64,000 nucleotides of DNA, taken from the NCBI GenBank assembly GCA_963774185.1, contig CAVZEK010000027.1, positions 50,530 through 114,529 on the forward strand, written 5' to 3'. Positions 20,095 to 28,719 of this stretch are shown here, piece after piece. Each line of letters begins with the position of its first letter. Positions within the stretch are counted from its first letter, which is position 1. The position numbers and the translations under genes are program-made. Below the pieces are notes generated by a model that saw only the letters and a program-made list of their open reading frames with translations, searched no databases and was not told where the DNA came from. This DNA is from an uncultured beta proteobacterium (GTDB lineage: Bacteria > Pseudomonadota > Gammaproteobacteria > Burkholderiales > Burkholderiaceae_C).

Positions 20095-22710
20095 TCAAGT
20101 ATTGAAGGCCGGCCGGCCATCCTCACGCGCAACGCCAGACAGCGCGTCCACCAGCAGCGCGCAGACGTCGGAAAATATCAAGCTCTCGCCCAGCGACATC
20201 TCGGCGGACAGCATTTCCGGTGGCAGCCTCGCCTCGAGGGCGCCCAGCGTCGCTCGCGCCATCCGATCCTCGTTGATTTGGTACAGCTCGCGACCGGTGC
20301 GTTCGCGAGCGGCCCGGGCGCCCAGCACGCGCGCCGCCGCCTCGGGCCGGCCCAGCTTCCACAGCAGATACGCGCAGCCCTCGAGTCTGAATTTTGGCAT
20401 CCGTCGCATCACCGGCAGCGCCTCGCGTGCCGCGTCGGTGGCCTCGTCGAGCCGACCGCTCTCGGCGAGAACCCAAGTGCGCATGGTCTTGACCTCGACC
20501 AGCTCGTAGTCAGAGACTGGCCGCCGACGCAGTGCATGAACCAATTCGAGCAGTTCTTGCGCGGCCTCGTCGTGCTGACCCAGCTCCCAGCGCAAGTCGC
20601 AGGCATTGGTGCGCTCGATCACCTCAAGGCGCCAATCACCGGCATCCCGGGCAAGCCGGATCGCCTCGCGGTACAAGCTTTCCGCAACTTCGCCGTGCCC
20701 GATCTGCCGGCTTGTCCACGCCCGAAATCGCAGAATGACGATGCGGAATTCGGCAGCCCAGTCGGGTTCGATCAACGACGCGGCCTCGTCCAGCGCGTCG
20801 TGCGCGCCGCCAATGTCCCCGCGACTTCTCAGCCATATGGCGACCAGGCGCAGCGCAGAGAAGAGCCGCCGGGGCCTGCGCAGCACGCGGTAATAGGTCG
20901 ACGCGCGCTGCGCGGCGTCGAGCAACTCGGCAGTGGTCAGCGTGCCCAGCATGTTGATCGCGGCCATCGCGCGCCAGAAGCGCGCGATGGTCGGATCGTC
21001 CACGACGCCCGGCTGCAAGTACCCTCTCTGCCTCAGCAGCCACTCGGAGATCTCGGTGCTGTAGTCGATCAGCGGACCGGCGTGTGCGGCCAAGCCGATC
21101 GCGATTGCGCGAGCGCCGCCATCGCCCGCGGCCCAGGCATACGCTGCGCGCAGATTGTCCAGCTCGGGCAACACCAGCGCCGCATACGCGTCGGTGCGAA
21201 GCGTGCTGTCCATGTTGCCATCGTCGGCATGCTGTAGGAACTTCAGCATCGTGACCGCATGACGCTGCATCAGCGTTGCGGTCTCGCCGGCGGCAGTGAG
21301 CTGCTCCAGTGCGAAGGCGCGCGCTGACTCGAGCAGGCGGTACCGAACAGGCTCGCCGGCATCGGCCATGACCAGCGACTTTTCCACCAATGTCGCCAAC
21401 TGTTCGAGCACCACCCACTCGTCGAGCTCGTCGTCCACGCACAAAGCCTGCGCCAGTTCGATCGTGAAGCCGCCGCTGAACACCCCCAGGCGCCGGAAGA
21501 CGACGCGCTGCGCCTCGCTGAGAAGGCCATGGCTCCAGTCCATCGTCGCCCTGAGCGTCTGGTGTCGCCGCAGCCCCGTGCGGGCGCCGGCAGTCAAGAG
21601 CCGGAATCTTTCGCGCACCCGCTCGTGCACCGCGCGCAGGCCTATCATCGAGACGCGCGCGGCAGCGAGCTCGATGGCAAGGGGAAGTCCGTCGAGTTGC
21701 CGACACAGGTCGATGGCAAACGGCAGATCCTGCTCGGTGAGCGTGTAGCGAGGCTCCGCGGATTGCACGCGTGACTCGAACAGAGCCAGCGAGCCGAAGC
21801 CACGTGCACCCGCCTCGGAAGCGTCGCGTGGCACGGCGAGCGGATCGACCCGGTACTGCTGTTCGACGGCCAATCGCAACGGTTCCTGGGTGGTGGCCAG
21901 TACGCGCAGCCCCGAGGCGGCCTTGAGCATGCGGTCGACCAAGGTCGCCACCGGTTCGACAAGGTGCTCGCAGTTGTCGACGACGAGCAGCATCTCTTTA
22001 TTTACCAGCGCGTCGGCGAGAGCCTGGACACTGGCATCGCCCTCGGGAACGTGCAGGCCCAGAGGCTGCGCTATGGCGTGCGGCAATAGCGCGGCATCAG
22101 CCAGGCCCGCGAGTTCGACCATCCACACGCCGTCCGACCAGCGACCGATCCGGGCATGTGCCACTGCCTGCGCGAGCCTGCTCTTGCCAATGCCGCCGGC
22201 GCCGACCACGGTGACGAGCCGGTGAGATTCAACGAGGGCCCCGAGCAAGCGCAAGTCGTCTTCGCGTCCCAGCAGCACTGGAATGTTCGCCGGGAGGTTC
22301 GTCGCCGCAGCTGTCTCCGGCACTGATGGGCCGAGCTGCGAGCCACGCGCCCCGGATGATTCGACCGAGCGCGCCAGCGCGGCGGGTACGTCGCGCAATG
22401 GCGCCACGAAGCGATAGCCCCGTCCGGGGACGGTCGCGATGGCCTGAGGTCCGAGCAGCTTGCGCAGGCTGCTGATGTGCACCTGCACGTTGTTTTCCTC
22501 GACCACCACACCCGGCCAGACGAGGTCCAGCAGCTCGGTCTTGGTGACGAGCCGATCGCGCCGCTGGGCCAGGGCGAGCAACACGTCGAATGCTCTCGCC
22601 CCGATGGCCTGGGGCACGCCGTCAAGCAGCAGACGGCGTTGTTCAAGGTGCAATTCGAAGGGTCCGAAAGCCAGCACCCGGCAATCCTCCAGACACGTCG
22701 GACAGTCCAT
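20095..22710 (-). CDS. wHTH (OmpR/PhoB-type) / P-loop NTPase / TPR (STAND-like) transcriptional regulator
   Basis: Intact 871-aa ORF. Motifs GARAFDVLLALAQRRDRLVTKTELLDLVWPG...VPGRGYRFVAP, P-loop VVGAGGIGKSRLA and LDGLPLAIELAAAR, followed by a long helical-repeat C-terminus. Confidence 0.75.
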   Translation of the reverse strand: MDCPTCLEDCRVLAFGPFELHLEQRRLLLDGVPQAIGARAFDVLLALAQRRDRLVTKTELLDLVWPGVVVEENNVQVHISSLRKLLGPQAIATVPGRGYRFVAPLRDVPAALARSVESSGARGSQLGPSVPETAAATNLPANIPVLLGREDDLRLLGALVESHRLVTVVGAGGIGKSRLAQAVAHARIGRWSDGVWMVELAGLADAALLPHAIAQPLGLHVPEGDASVQALADALVNKEMLLVVDNCEHLVEPVATLVDRMLKAASGLRVLATTQEPLRLAVEQQYRVDPLAVPRDASEAGARGFGSLALFESRVQSAEPRYTLTEQDLPFAIDLCRQLDGLPLAIELAAARVSMIGLRAVHERVRERFRLLTAGARTGLRRHQTLRATMDWSHGLLSEAQRVVFRRLGVFSGGFTIELAQALCVDDELDEWVVLEQLATLVEKSLVMADAGEPVRYRLLESARAFALEQLTAAGETATLMQRHAVTMLKFLQHADDGNMDSTLRTDAYAALVLPELDNLRAAYAWAAGDGGARAIAIGLAAHAGPLIDYSTEISEWLLRQRGYLQPGVVDDPTIARFWRAMAAINMLGTLTTAELLDAAQRASTYYRVLRRPRRLFSALRLVAIWLRSRGDIGGAHDALDEAASLIEPDWAAEFRIVILRFRAWTSRQIGHGEVAESLYREAIRLARDAGDWRLEVIERTNACDLRWELGQHDEAAQELLELVHALRRRPVSDYELVEVKTMRTWVLAESGRLDEATDAAREALPVMRRMPKFRLEGCAYLLWKLGRPEAAARVLGARAARERTGRELYQINEDRMARATLGALEARLPPEMLSAEMSLGESLIFSDVCALLVDALSGVAREDGRPAFNT

Positions 22711-22929
22711 CCATCAAGAACGCGCTTCTGCGCACATCCAGGAGAGCCCGATGAAGACCTCGCTCATGACACGCATTGTCTGCCTGGCGGCGGCCATTGT
22801 GTTCACCCTCAGCACTTGGCAGACGGCAAGAAGATGACCATGCTGAGGCTCGTGATCGAACGCCCGTGCTGCGCGACCTCGCGCCGCTCCGACAGCGATT
22901 GCCAAAGCAGACGGGGCAACAAGTCCTAA

Positions 22930-23850
22930 CTAATGGCTCGTATACACCAGCGCCGGATGGGTGAAGAACCCGTGCAGCACGTGGTAGGCGAGCAGGTGGT
23001 TCTTCTGCTGGAAGCTGGCGTGCGAGATGCCGGACATCACGGTGAATTGCTTGTCCGGGTTGGGCAGCTTGTCGAAGAACGACAGCAGATCGCCCATGCC
23101 GGCGATGCCATCGAATTGGCCGCGCATCACGAGGGTGGGCACGGTGATCCTGAGCGGGTCGACCACCGGCAGCTTGGAGCACATGTCGATGTAGGTGCCG
23201 TTGGGCATCGACGAATCGAGCGCGAGGATGGCGTCGGCAAAGGCCTCGACCGTCGTCGCATCGGCGCAATCGGGATGGTCGCGCTCGAAGATCGAGCGCA
23301 CGAATGCGCGGTCGATCGGGCGGCGCTTTGCCTTCAGGAACTCCGGCAACTTCTTGCGCCGCTGCTCCAGCGTCGGGCTGCCTTCGCCCGTCCAGACGAA
23401 GGCGTCGAGCGCCAGCCGCGACACGCGCTGCGGGTGGCGTTGCGCAAACAGCGCCGCGCGCAGAGCGCCCGAGCTGATGCCATAGGCCAGGAAACTGCGG
23501 ATCCCCCGTGTGCGAACGATGTAGTCGGTGGCCGCGGCCAGGTCGTCGGCGCCGTTGGCGATGTCGCAGGTGATGTCGCGCTGCTTGTCGGAGCGACCAT
23601 AGCCCTCCATGTCGACACACCAGCAACTGAAGCCGCGTTGCGCGAACCAGTCCATCACCGACGAATCGGGCCGACCAGGCACCGTGAGGTCGAAGGTCGG
23701 CTGCGAGGCCATCGACGATCCGTGCACGAACAGCACGGCCGGCTTGTCCTGCGGCGAGTCGATGAACTTCTCCCACATGAACAGGCGCACGTCGCCATCC
23801 GCAGTTTTCTTGTGGGTCCAGTGCTCGTGGGCCGTGACGGGGGTGCTCAT
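22930..23850 (-). CDS. alpha/beta-fold hydrolase
   Basis: 306 aa with VLFVHGSS, GYGRSD and a nucleophile-elbow-like AYGISSGA. Confidence 0.65.
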   Translation of the reverse strand: MSTPVTAHEHWTHKKTADGDVRLFMWEKFIDSPQDKPAVLFVHGSSMASQPTFDLTVPGRPDSSVMDWFAQRGFSCWCVDMEGYGRSDKQRDITCDIANGADDLAAATDYIVRTRGIRSFLAYGISSGALRAALFAQRHPQRVSRLALDAFVWTGEGSPTLEQRRKKLPEFLKAKRRPIDRAFVRSIFERDHPDCADATTVEAFADAILALDSSMPNGTYIDMCSKLPVVDPLRITVPTLVMRGQFDGIAGMGDLLSFFDKLPNPDKQFTVMSGISHASFQQKNHLLAYHVLHGFFTHPALVYTSH

Positions 23851-23893
23851 GGGTCGGCAGTGTCTGTCGTGGTTGCGGGCGACGCGAAGCTCT

Positions 23894-24886
23894 TCAGTCG
23901 AGCTTGGCGCCGGTGGTCTGGATCACGCGGGCCCAGGTGTCTCGTTCGGCGCGGAAGTACGCGCCGAACTCAGCGGGTGTGGAGCCGAGCGCCTCGATCG
24001 ACGCGTTGGCCATGTAGCCCTTGACCTCGGGCGTGCCCAACGCGGCCAGGACTTCGCGGTTCAGCATGTCGATGATCGCCGCGGGCGTGCCCTTCGGCGC
24101 CAGCAGCCCGAGCCACACGTAGGCTGAATAGCCGGGGTACCCCGATTCGGCGAGCGTCGGCACGTCGGGCAGCTGCGGCGAACGGTGCGAGCCGGTAATC
24201 GCCAGCGCCCTCAGCTTGCCGCTCCGGATGTGCGGCAGCATGCCCGCCAGTCCCGGCACGCCGACCTTGACCACGCCAGCGATCAGATCGGTTGTCGCCT
24301 GGCCACTGCCGCGATACGGCACATGGTTCAGCTGCACTCCCGCCATCGAAAACAGCTGGGCCGCAAACAGGTGCTGCCCGCTGCCGTTGCCCGACGAGGC
24401 GTAGTCGATCTGGCCGGGCCGGCTGCGGGCGAGCTCGATCAACTCCTGCACGGTCTTGACCGGCAGCGACGGATGCACCACCACGACGCCAGGCTCGCGC
24501 CCGATCAGCGAGATCGGCGCGAAGTCGTCGATCGGGTCGAACGACAGCTTGGTGTACAGCGTCGCACTGATCGCATTGGTCTGCGATGCCAGCAGCAGCG
24601 TGTATCCGTCGGGAGTGGATTTGGCCACCGCCTCGGTGCCGATCGTGGCACCGGCACCAGGCCTGTTGTCGACCACCACCTGTTGCCCCAACCGCTTGGT
24701 CAGTTCGTGCGCCACCACGCGGGTCGGCCCGTCGACCGCGCCACCCGGCGAGAACGGCACGATGATGCGCACGGGCCGGCTGGGAAAGTCCTGCGCCCAG
24801 CTCGGCACGACGGCCAGCGCGGCGCACAGCGAGGCCACCCCCATGTGCAAATGCCGCCAAGCGAATTGAGGCCGTGTGGTCGCCAC
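23894..24886 (-). CDS. Bug/TctC-family tripartite tricarboxylate transporter substrate-binding protein
   Basis: Signal peptide then FPSRPVRIIVPFSPGGAVDGPTRVVA, typical of the Bug family. Confidence 0.8.
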   Translation of the reverse strand: MATTRPQFAWRHLHMGVASLCAALAVVPSWAQDFPSRPVRIIVPFSPGGAVDGPTRVVAHELTKRLGQQVVVDNRPGAGATIGTEAVAKSTPDGYTLLLASQTNAISATLYTKLSFDPIDDFAPISLIGREPGVVVVHPSLPVKTVQELIELARSRPGQIDYASSGNGSGQHLFAAQLFSMAGVQLNHVPYRGSGQATTDLIAGVVKVGVPGLAGMLPHIRSGKLRALAITGSHRSPQLPDVPTLAESGYPGYSAYVWLGLLAPKGTPAAIIDMLNREVLAALGTPEVKGYMANASIEALGSTPAEFGAYFRAERDTWARVIQTTGAKLD

Positions 24887-25128
24887 AGTGCGACTCTAGC
24901 GCGCGCCGCGGTGGCGGTAGGGCGCGGGAGGCTGGCGCGCGCGTCCTGCCTGCTGTCTTGCTTGACGTCGACCGGGATGAAGTCTCTCCTTGTCTGCTGA
25001 GGCCACCGACTGAGTCCTTAGCAGGCCCAGTCCGCGGAAACGACGCCCGTTGGCACGCAGGTAGGTGCGCGGACGACCTCATCGGCCTGACGCCCGCGCT
25101 CGAGCGTCCGCCAGAGGACAGCAGAATT

Positions 25129-25142
25129 TTGATACAGGTCAA
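25129..25142 (+). promoter_or_regulatory. FNR/CRP-family box TTGATacagGTCAA (9/10) with a TATCTT -10 hexamer at 25165-25170
   Basis: Read directly from the sequence. The 22-nt spacing to a TAnnnT hexamer is identical to the box at 5671. It points towards the OmpA-like gene at 25359. Confidence 0.4.
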
Positions 25143-25358
25143 CTGCCGTCACGCCAGACCTGCCTATCTTGAAGTGTTGTGGTGACCGATGCCATATCCC
25201 GTACGTGCCCGAGGTGCCCGAGTCGACAGGTAGGCGTAGTCTCTTGAAAGACCTCATCCGCCGCAACTGAGTCAGCGAATAGTTTGAACACGCCGCGGAC
25301 CTCGGGACTTCGGGCGATATGTCGTGCGGGTGCTGGCGATGCTATAGGAGCACTAGGA

Positions 25359-25820
25359 ATGAAACTCAAGCTACTGGCCCCTCTGTTTGCCATCGCGTTC
25401 CTTGCCTTTTCCTTGTCAGGCTGCAACAAGGAGCCGCCCAAAGCGTCTGCACCCAAGCCTCCCACTGTCATGAAATTTGACGAAGCAGCCCTCTTTGACT
25501 TCGACAAGGCAGAACTGAAACCCGAGGGAAAAGAACAACTGAACGCATACAACGAAAAGGCGAAGGCCGATTTGAGCAGTGCCGAGAAGGTGAGAGTCGT
25601 CGGCTACACCGACAACACCGGTACTCCAGAGCACAACTCGGCGCTGTCAAAACAGCGTGCGGAAGTGGTTCGCGACTACCTGGTCAGCCTTGGCGCCGAC
25701 CCCAAGAAGATGGACGCCATCGGGGCCGCCGACGCCAACCCGGTCGCTGACAACAGCACGAAGGAAGGTCAGGCGAAGAACCGCCGTGTGGAGATTGAAG
25801 TGACTGGGTTAGGAAAGTGA
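25359..25820 (+). CDS. OmpA-family (peptidoglycan-associated) lipoprotein
   Basis: Lipobox LSGC. OmpA-like C-terminal motifs VVGYTDNTGTPEHNSALSKQRAEVVRDYL and NRRVEIEV. Start at the internal ATG, which has an RBS. Confidence 0.8.
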   Translation: MKLKLLAPLFAIAFLAFSLSGCNKEPPKASAPKPPTVMKFDEAALFDFDKAELKPEGKEQLNAYNEKAKADLSSAEKVRVVGYTDNTGTPEHNSALSKQRAEVVRDYLVSLGADPKKMDAIGAADANPVADNSTKEGQAKNRRVEIEVTGLGK

Positions 25821-25872
25821 GGGAGTCGGGCGCGCTACAACGGCGCGCCTGCCCACTCAAAGCCATTCGCCG

Positions 25873-26775
25873 ATGAACGACCCCCACGGCCGCCTCACCG
25901 CCGCCGACTTCCACCCCGAAGTCCTGCGCCTGTTCGACCAGTATGTCCACGGATTCATCGATCGCCGCGGCTTCCTCGAGGGCGCCGGCAGATTCGCCGT
26001 TGGCGGCGTCACGGCCGCCGGCCTGCTGCAAGCGCTGAGCCCGAGGTTCGCGCAGGCGCAGGTGGTGAAACCCTCCGACACGCGCATCAAGACCGAGGTC
26101 GTGCAGATCGACTCCCAGTCGGGCAACGGCAAGGTGCGCGCGCTGGTGGCACGGCCGGCGCAGGCCTCGGGGCCACTGCCGGTGGTGCTGGTTGCGCACG
26201 AGAACCGCGGACTGAACCCGCACATCGAGGACATTGCGCGCCGGCTGGCGGTGGACAACTTCATCGCGGTCGCGCCCGATGCGCTGACGCCGCTCGGCGG
26301 CTACCCCGGCGACGAGGACAAGGCGCGCGGCCTGTTTGCCCAGCTCGATGCGCGAAAGACGGCCGAGGACTTCCTCGCCGGCGCGCGCTACGCGCTCAGC
26401 ATCAGCGGGGGCAACGGCAAACTCGGCGTGGTCGGTTTTTGCTGGGGCGGCGGCATGACCAACCTGCTCGCCACGCGTGTGCCACAAGTGCTCGCGGCCG
26501 CGCCGTTCTACGGCGCGGCGCCAGCCGCGGATCAGGTCGCCGGCATCAGGGCGCGGATGTTCATCGTCTTTGCCGAGAACGACGATCGCATCAATGGCAT
26601 GTGGCCGGGCTACGAAGCGGCGTTGAAGGCCGCGCACGTCGACTACGAGATGCAGAAGTTCCCCGGCACTCAGCACGGCTTCAACAATGACACCACGCCA
26701 CGCTTCGATGAGGCAGCGGCGAAGGTGGCGTGGAGCAAGACCGTGGCGCTGTTCAATCGCGTCCTGCGAGGCTGA
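25873..26775 (+). CDS. dienelactone hydrolase family protein with Tat-type signal
   Basis: Motifs DRRGFLEGAGRFAVGG, VLVAHENRGLNPHIEDIARR and GVVGFCWGG (nucleophile Cys elbow). Confidence 0.75.
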   Translation: MNDPHGRLTAADFHPEVLRLFDQYVHGFIDRRGFLEGAGRFAVGGVTAAGLLQALSPRFAQAQVVKPSDTRIKTEVVQIDSQSGNGKVRALVARPAQASGPLPVVLVAHENRGLNPHIEDIARRLAVDNFIAVAPDALTPLGGYPGDEDKARGLFAQLDARKTAEDFLAGARYALSISGGNGKLGVVGFCWGGGMTNLLATRVPQVLAAAPFYGAAPAADQVAGIRARMFIVFAENDDRINGMWPGYEAALKAAHVDYEMQKFPGTQHGFNNDTTPRFDEAAAKVAWSKTVALFNRVLRG

Positions 26776-26868
26776 GCGCCGACGCACCTGGGCCAAAGAG
26801 TCGCCGCGGCGAACGGCGACGTGGGCGACTCCGCGTTTGCGATACGCTGCTGTGCGCGGAGGTCGCTG

Positions 26869-27237
26869 ATGCCACGTCACATCCTTGATGAATCGAAGAT
26901 CCACCCGGCCATTCGCGAGCGGGTCGCGAAGCACCATGAATCCCTGGTGAAAGAGGTTCAGGACGCGCTGGTCGCACACCCGGTGGTCGTGGTGGGCATG
27001 CGCCAGAACCCGTCGGTGCGCAAGGCGCGGCAGGCGTTGGCCGCAGCGGGCATATCGTTCCACTACATCGAGCATGGCAGCTACCTGTCGCAGTGGCGGC
27101 GCCGCAATGCGTTGAAGATGTGGACCGGTTGGCCGACGTTTCCGATGGTGTTCGTCAAGGGCACGCTGATCGGCGGGTACGACGATTTGTCCAAATTGGT
27201 CGCCAACGGCGAACTCGACGCAATGCTGGCCCCTTGA
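26869..27237 (+). CDS. glutaredoxin-fold protein lacking any cysteine
   Basis: Grx-like VVVVGM...TFPMVFVKGTLIGGYDDL, but the active-site position reads NPSV and the 122-aa protein has no Cys. Confidence 0.55.
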   Translation: MPRHILDESKIHPAIRERVAKHHESLVKEVQDALVAHPVVVVGMRQNPSVRKARQALAAAGISFHYIEHGSYLSQWRRRNALKMWTGWPTFPMVFVKGTLIGGYDDLSKLVANGELDAMLAP

Positions 27238-27375
27238 GGGCATCTCCATCGCACGCTGAAGGGCCGGCAAGGCGTGCCGTGGCGAGCCGCCTGGCGTGAT
27301 CGCTAGCTGGAATCACGGTGATGGCGTTTTCCGATTCGGGCGTGATCGTGCCCACGCCATTGCTGACGGTTGTCT

Positions 27376-27834
27376 TCACTGGCGGCCCTTTGTCAGAGGC
27401 AGATGCAGATCGAAGGTGGCGCCATGCTGCAGCGTCACGGTGTAGCGTCGATGCAATTGGCCCAGACGAACGGTGACGTGGTAGGTACCCGCCGGCAGAC
27501 GGATGTCGATCGGCGCCCGGACATCGTCCGAAGCGAAGAGCGGCCGGTCTTCCAAATCGTCGACATGCAAGCAGGTTGGCTCCCGACGATTCGGCCGCAG
27601 CCCGCGCGAGAGCAACGAGCGCAGCCATGAACGCACGCCGGCAAGGATTCCGCGCCCCGCGCTGTCGTCTTCGCCAGCGCAGATCAGCAAGCGCGCCGAC
27701 GCGTGCGTCGTCGCGTCCGGTTGAAGTGCCACGGTTGCGCCCGGCTCGCCCTGGCCCATCCTGGCGGGTTGCGCGTTGGCCGACACTCGCGCTGCGCCGG
27801 CCGATGCTGCACAGAGGGGACCGATCCGGGACAT
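27376..27834 (-). CDS. hypothetical protein
   Basis: 152-aa ORF with a beta-rich C-terminus (IDIRLPAGTYHVTVRLGQLHRRYTVTLQHGATFDLHL). No family recognised. Confidence 0.3.
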   Translation of the reverse strand: MSRIGPLCAASAGAARVSANAQPARMGQGEPGATVALQPDATTHASARLLICAGEDDSAGRGILAGVRSWLRSLLSRGLRPNRREPTCLHVDDLEDRPLFASDDVRAPIDIRLPAGTYHVTVRLGQLHRRYTVTLQHGATFDLHLPLTKGRQ

Positions 27835-27870
27835 GGCTTCTTGCGCGTGCCGAGTCGGGGCCGAGTCGGC

Positions 27871-28622
27871 TCAGTTCGAACGCCGCGCTGCGGCGTCGAT
27901 CGGCGGGGCACCGGCATGACGCGATCGCGTGCGCTGCAGCAGCACCGTCAGCAGCATGGCCGCGGCTGTCGAAGCCGACAGGACGGGCGACGCCGTCAGC
28001 ACCTGGGCCAGCCCATCGACCGTCTCGACGCTGACTTGCTGGGCAAAGTCGACCAGGGCAGCGACATGGTCCGCGCGGACGTTTTGAATGTCCTCGATCC
28101 GAACCTTCGGGTCCGGCCACCCGCCGCGAAATCTGACGCCTGCAAAGATGCCACCCGCCACTGCGAAGAGCGAGAGCACGCCCAAAGGTCGCAGCAGCTG
28201 CTCGAGCAAATGGCCCCGCTCAGCGGCAGGCGCGACCTCATAGACCTCGGCGACTAACTCCGGAATCGAGGGCTCCCGCACGTCCGGCTCGCGAGTGCCG
28301 CCGGCACTTGAAGCGTCGAGAGCGTCCATGAACGAGTCGCCTCCGCGTTGAGTCGCCGCCGTCGCGCTGGATTGGTCACCCGGCGTGGTCACAGCCACAT
28401 GCGTCGAAAAGACGCCAGCGCGCGGCGCATCGCAGACGTCGCTTCGCTCTGATAGCGGTTCATCGCCTGCTCGGCAGCGCCAACGCTTCTCGCGCCCGCC
28501 GTGGCATCGATGCCGTGCCACAGGGGTTGCGCTCGAGCGCCGGAATCGATTGACTCGGGCACGTTGACGATGTCTTGCGGCATGGAATGCGCGCCCGTGC
28601 GCCGCCGTGACAGTTTGCTCAT
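27871..28622 (-). pseudogene. hypothetical protein, apparently split by a 1-nt frame change in an A4/T4 run (28407-28410)
   Basis: The ORF 28389..28622 has a strong AAGGAG RBS and ends ...RRALASF RRMWL*. The adjacent frame continues FSTHVAVTTPGDQ... to 27871. One more T in the run would fuse them into a ~250-aa protein. Confidence 0.3.
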
Positions 28623-28719
28623 GAAGACTCCTTCGAGACACCGGAGGTTTTCCGACGCACTCGATGCTCATGTGACAGCCGCGCGGTGGCGTGTGACAGA
28701 TGCAATGTGGCGCGCTGCC

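Noticed and set aside
17719-21237. 1172-aa plus-strand ORF spanning the patatin-like gene, the intergenic region and part of the regulator gene (a similar one lies at 16066..17673)
   Set aside because: It is antisense to two well-supported genes and crosses their intergenic gap. The composition is Arg/Gly/Gln-rich, there are no domains, and there is no RBS context.
25684-27270. 528-aa minus-strand ORF antisense to the dienelactone hydrolase and Grx-like genes (similarly 42292..44034, 45528..46823 and 47233..48696, antisense to arn genes)
   Set aside because: These are high-GC shadow ORFs with Arg/Gly/His/Gln-rich products. The sense-strand genes have clear motifs and operon structure.
27295-27317. 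Inverted repeat CGTGAT-N11-ATCACG between convergent genes
   Set aside because: The arms are only 6 bp with an 11-nt spacer and no promoter context (both flanking genes end here). It is too weak for a terminator or an operator call.
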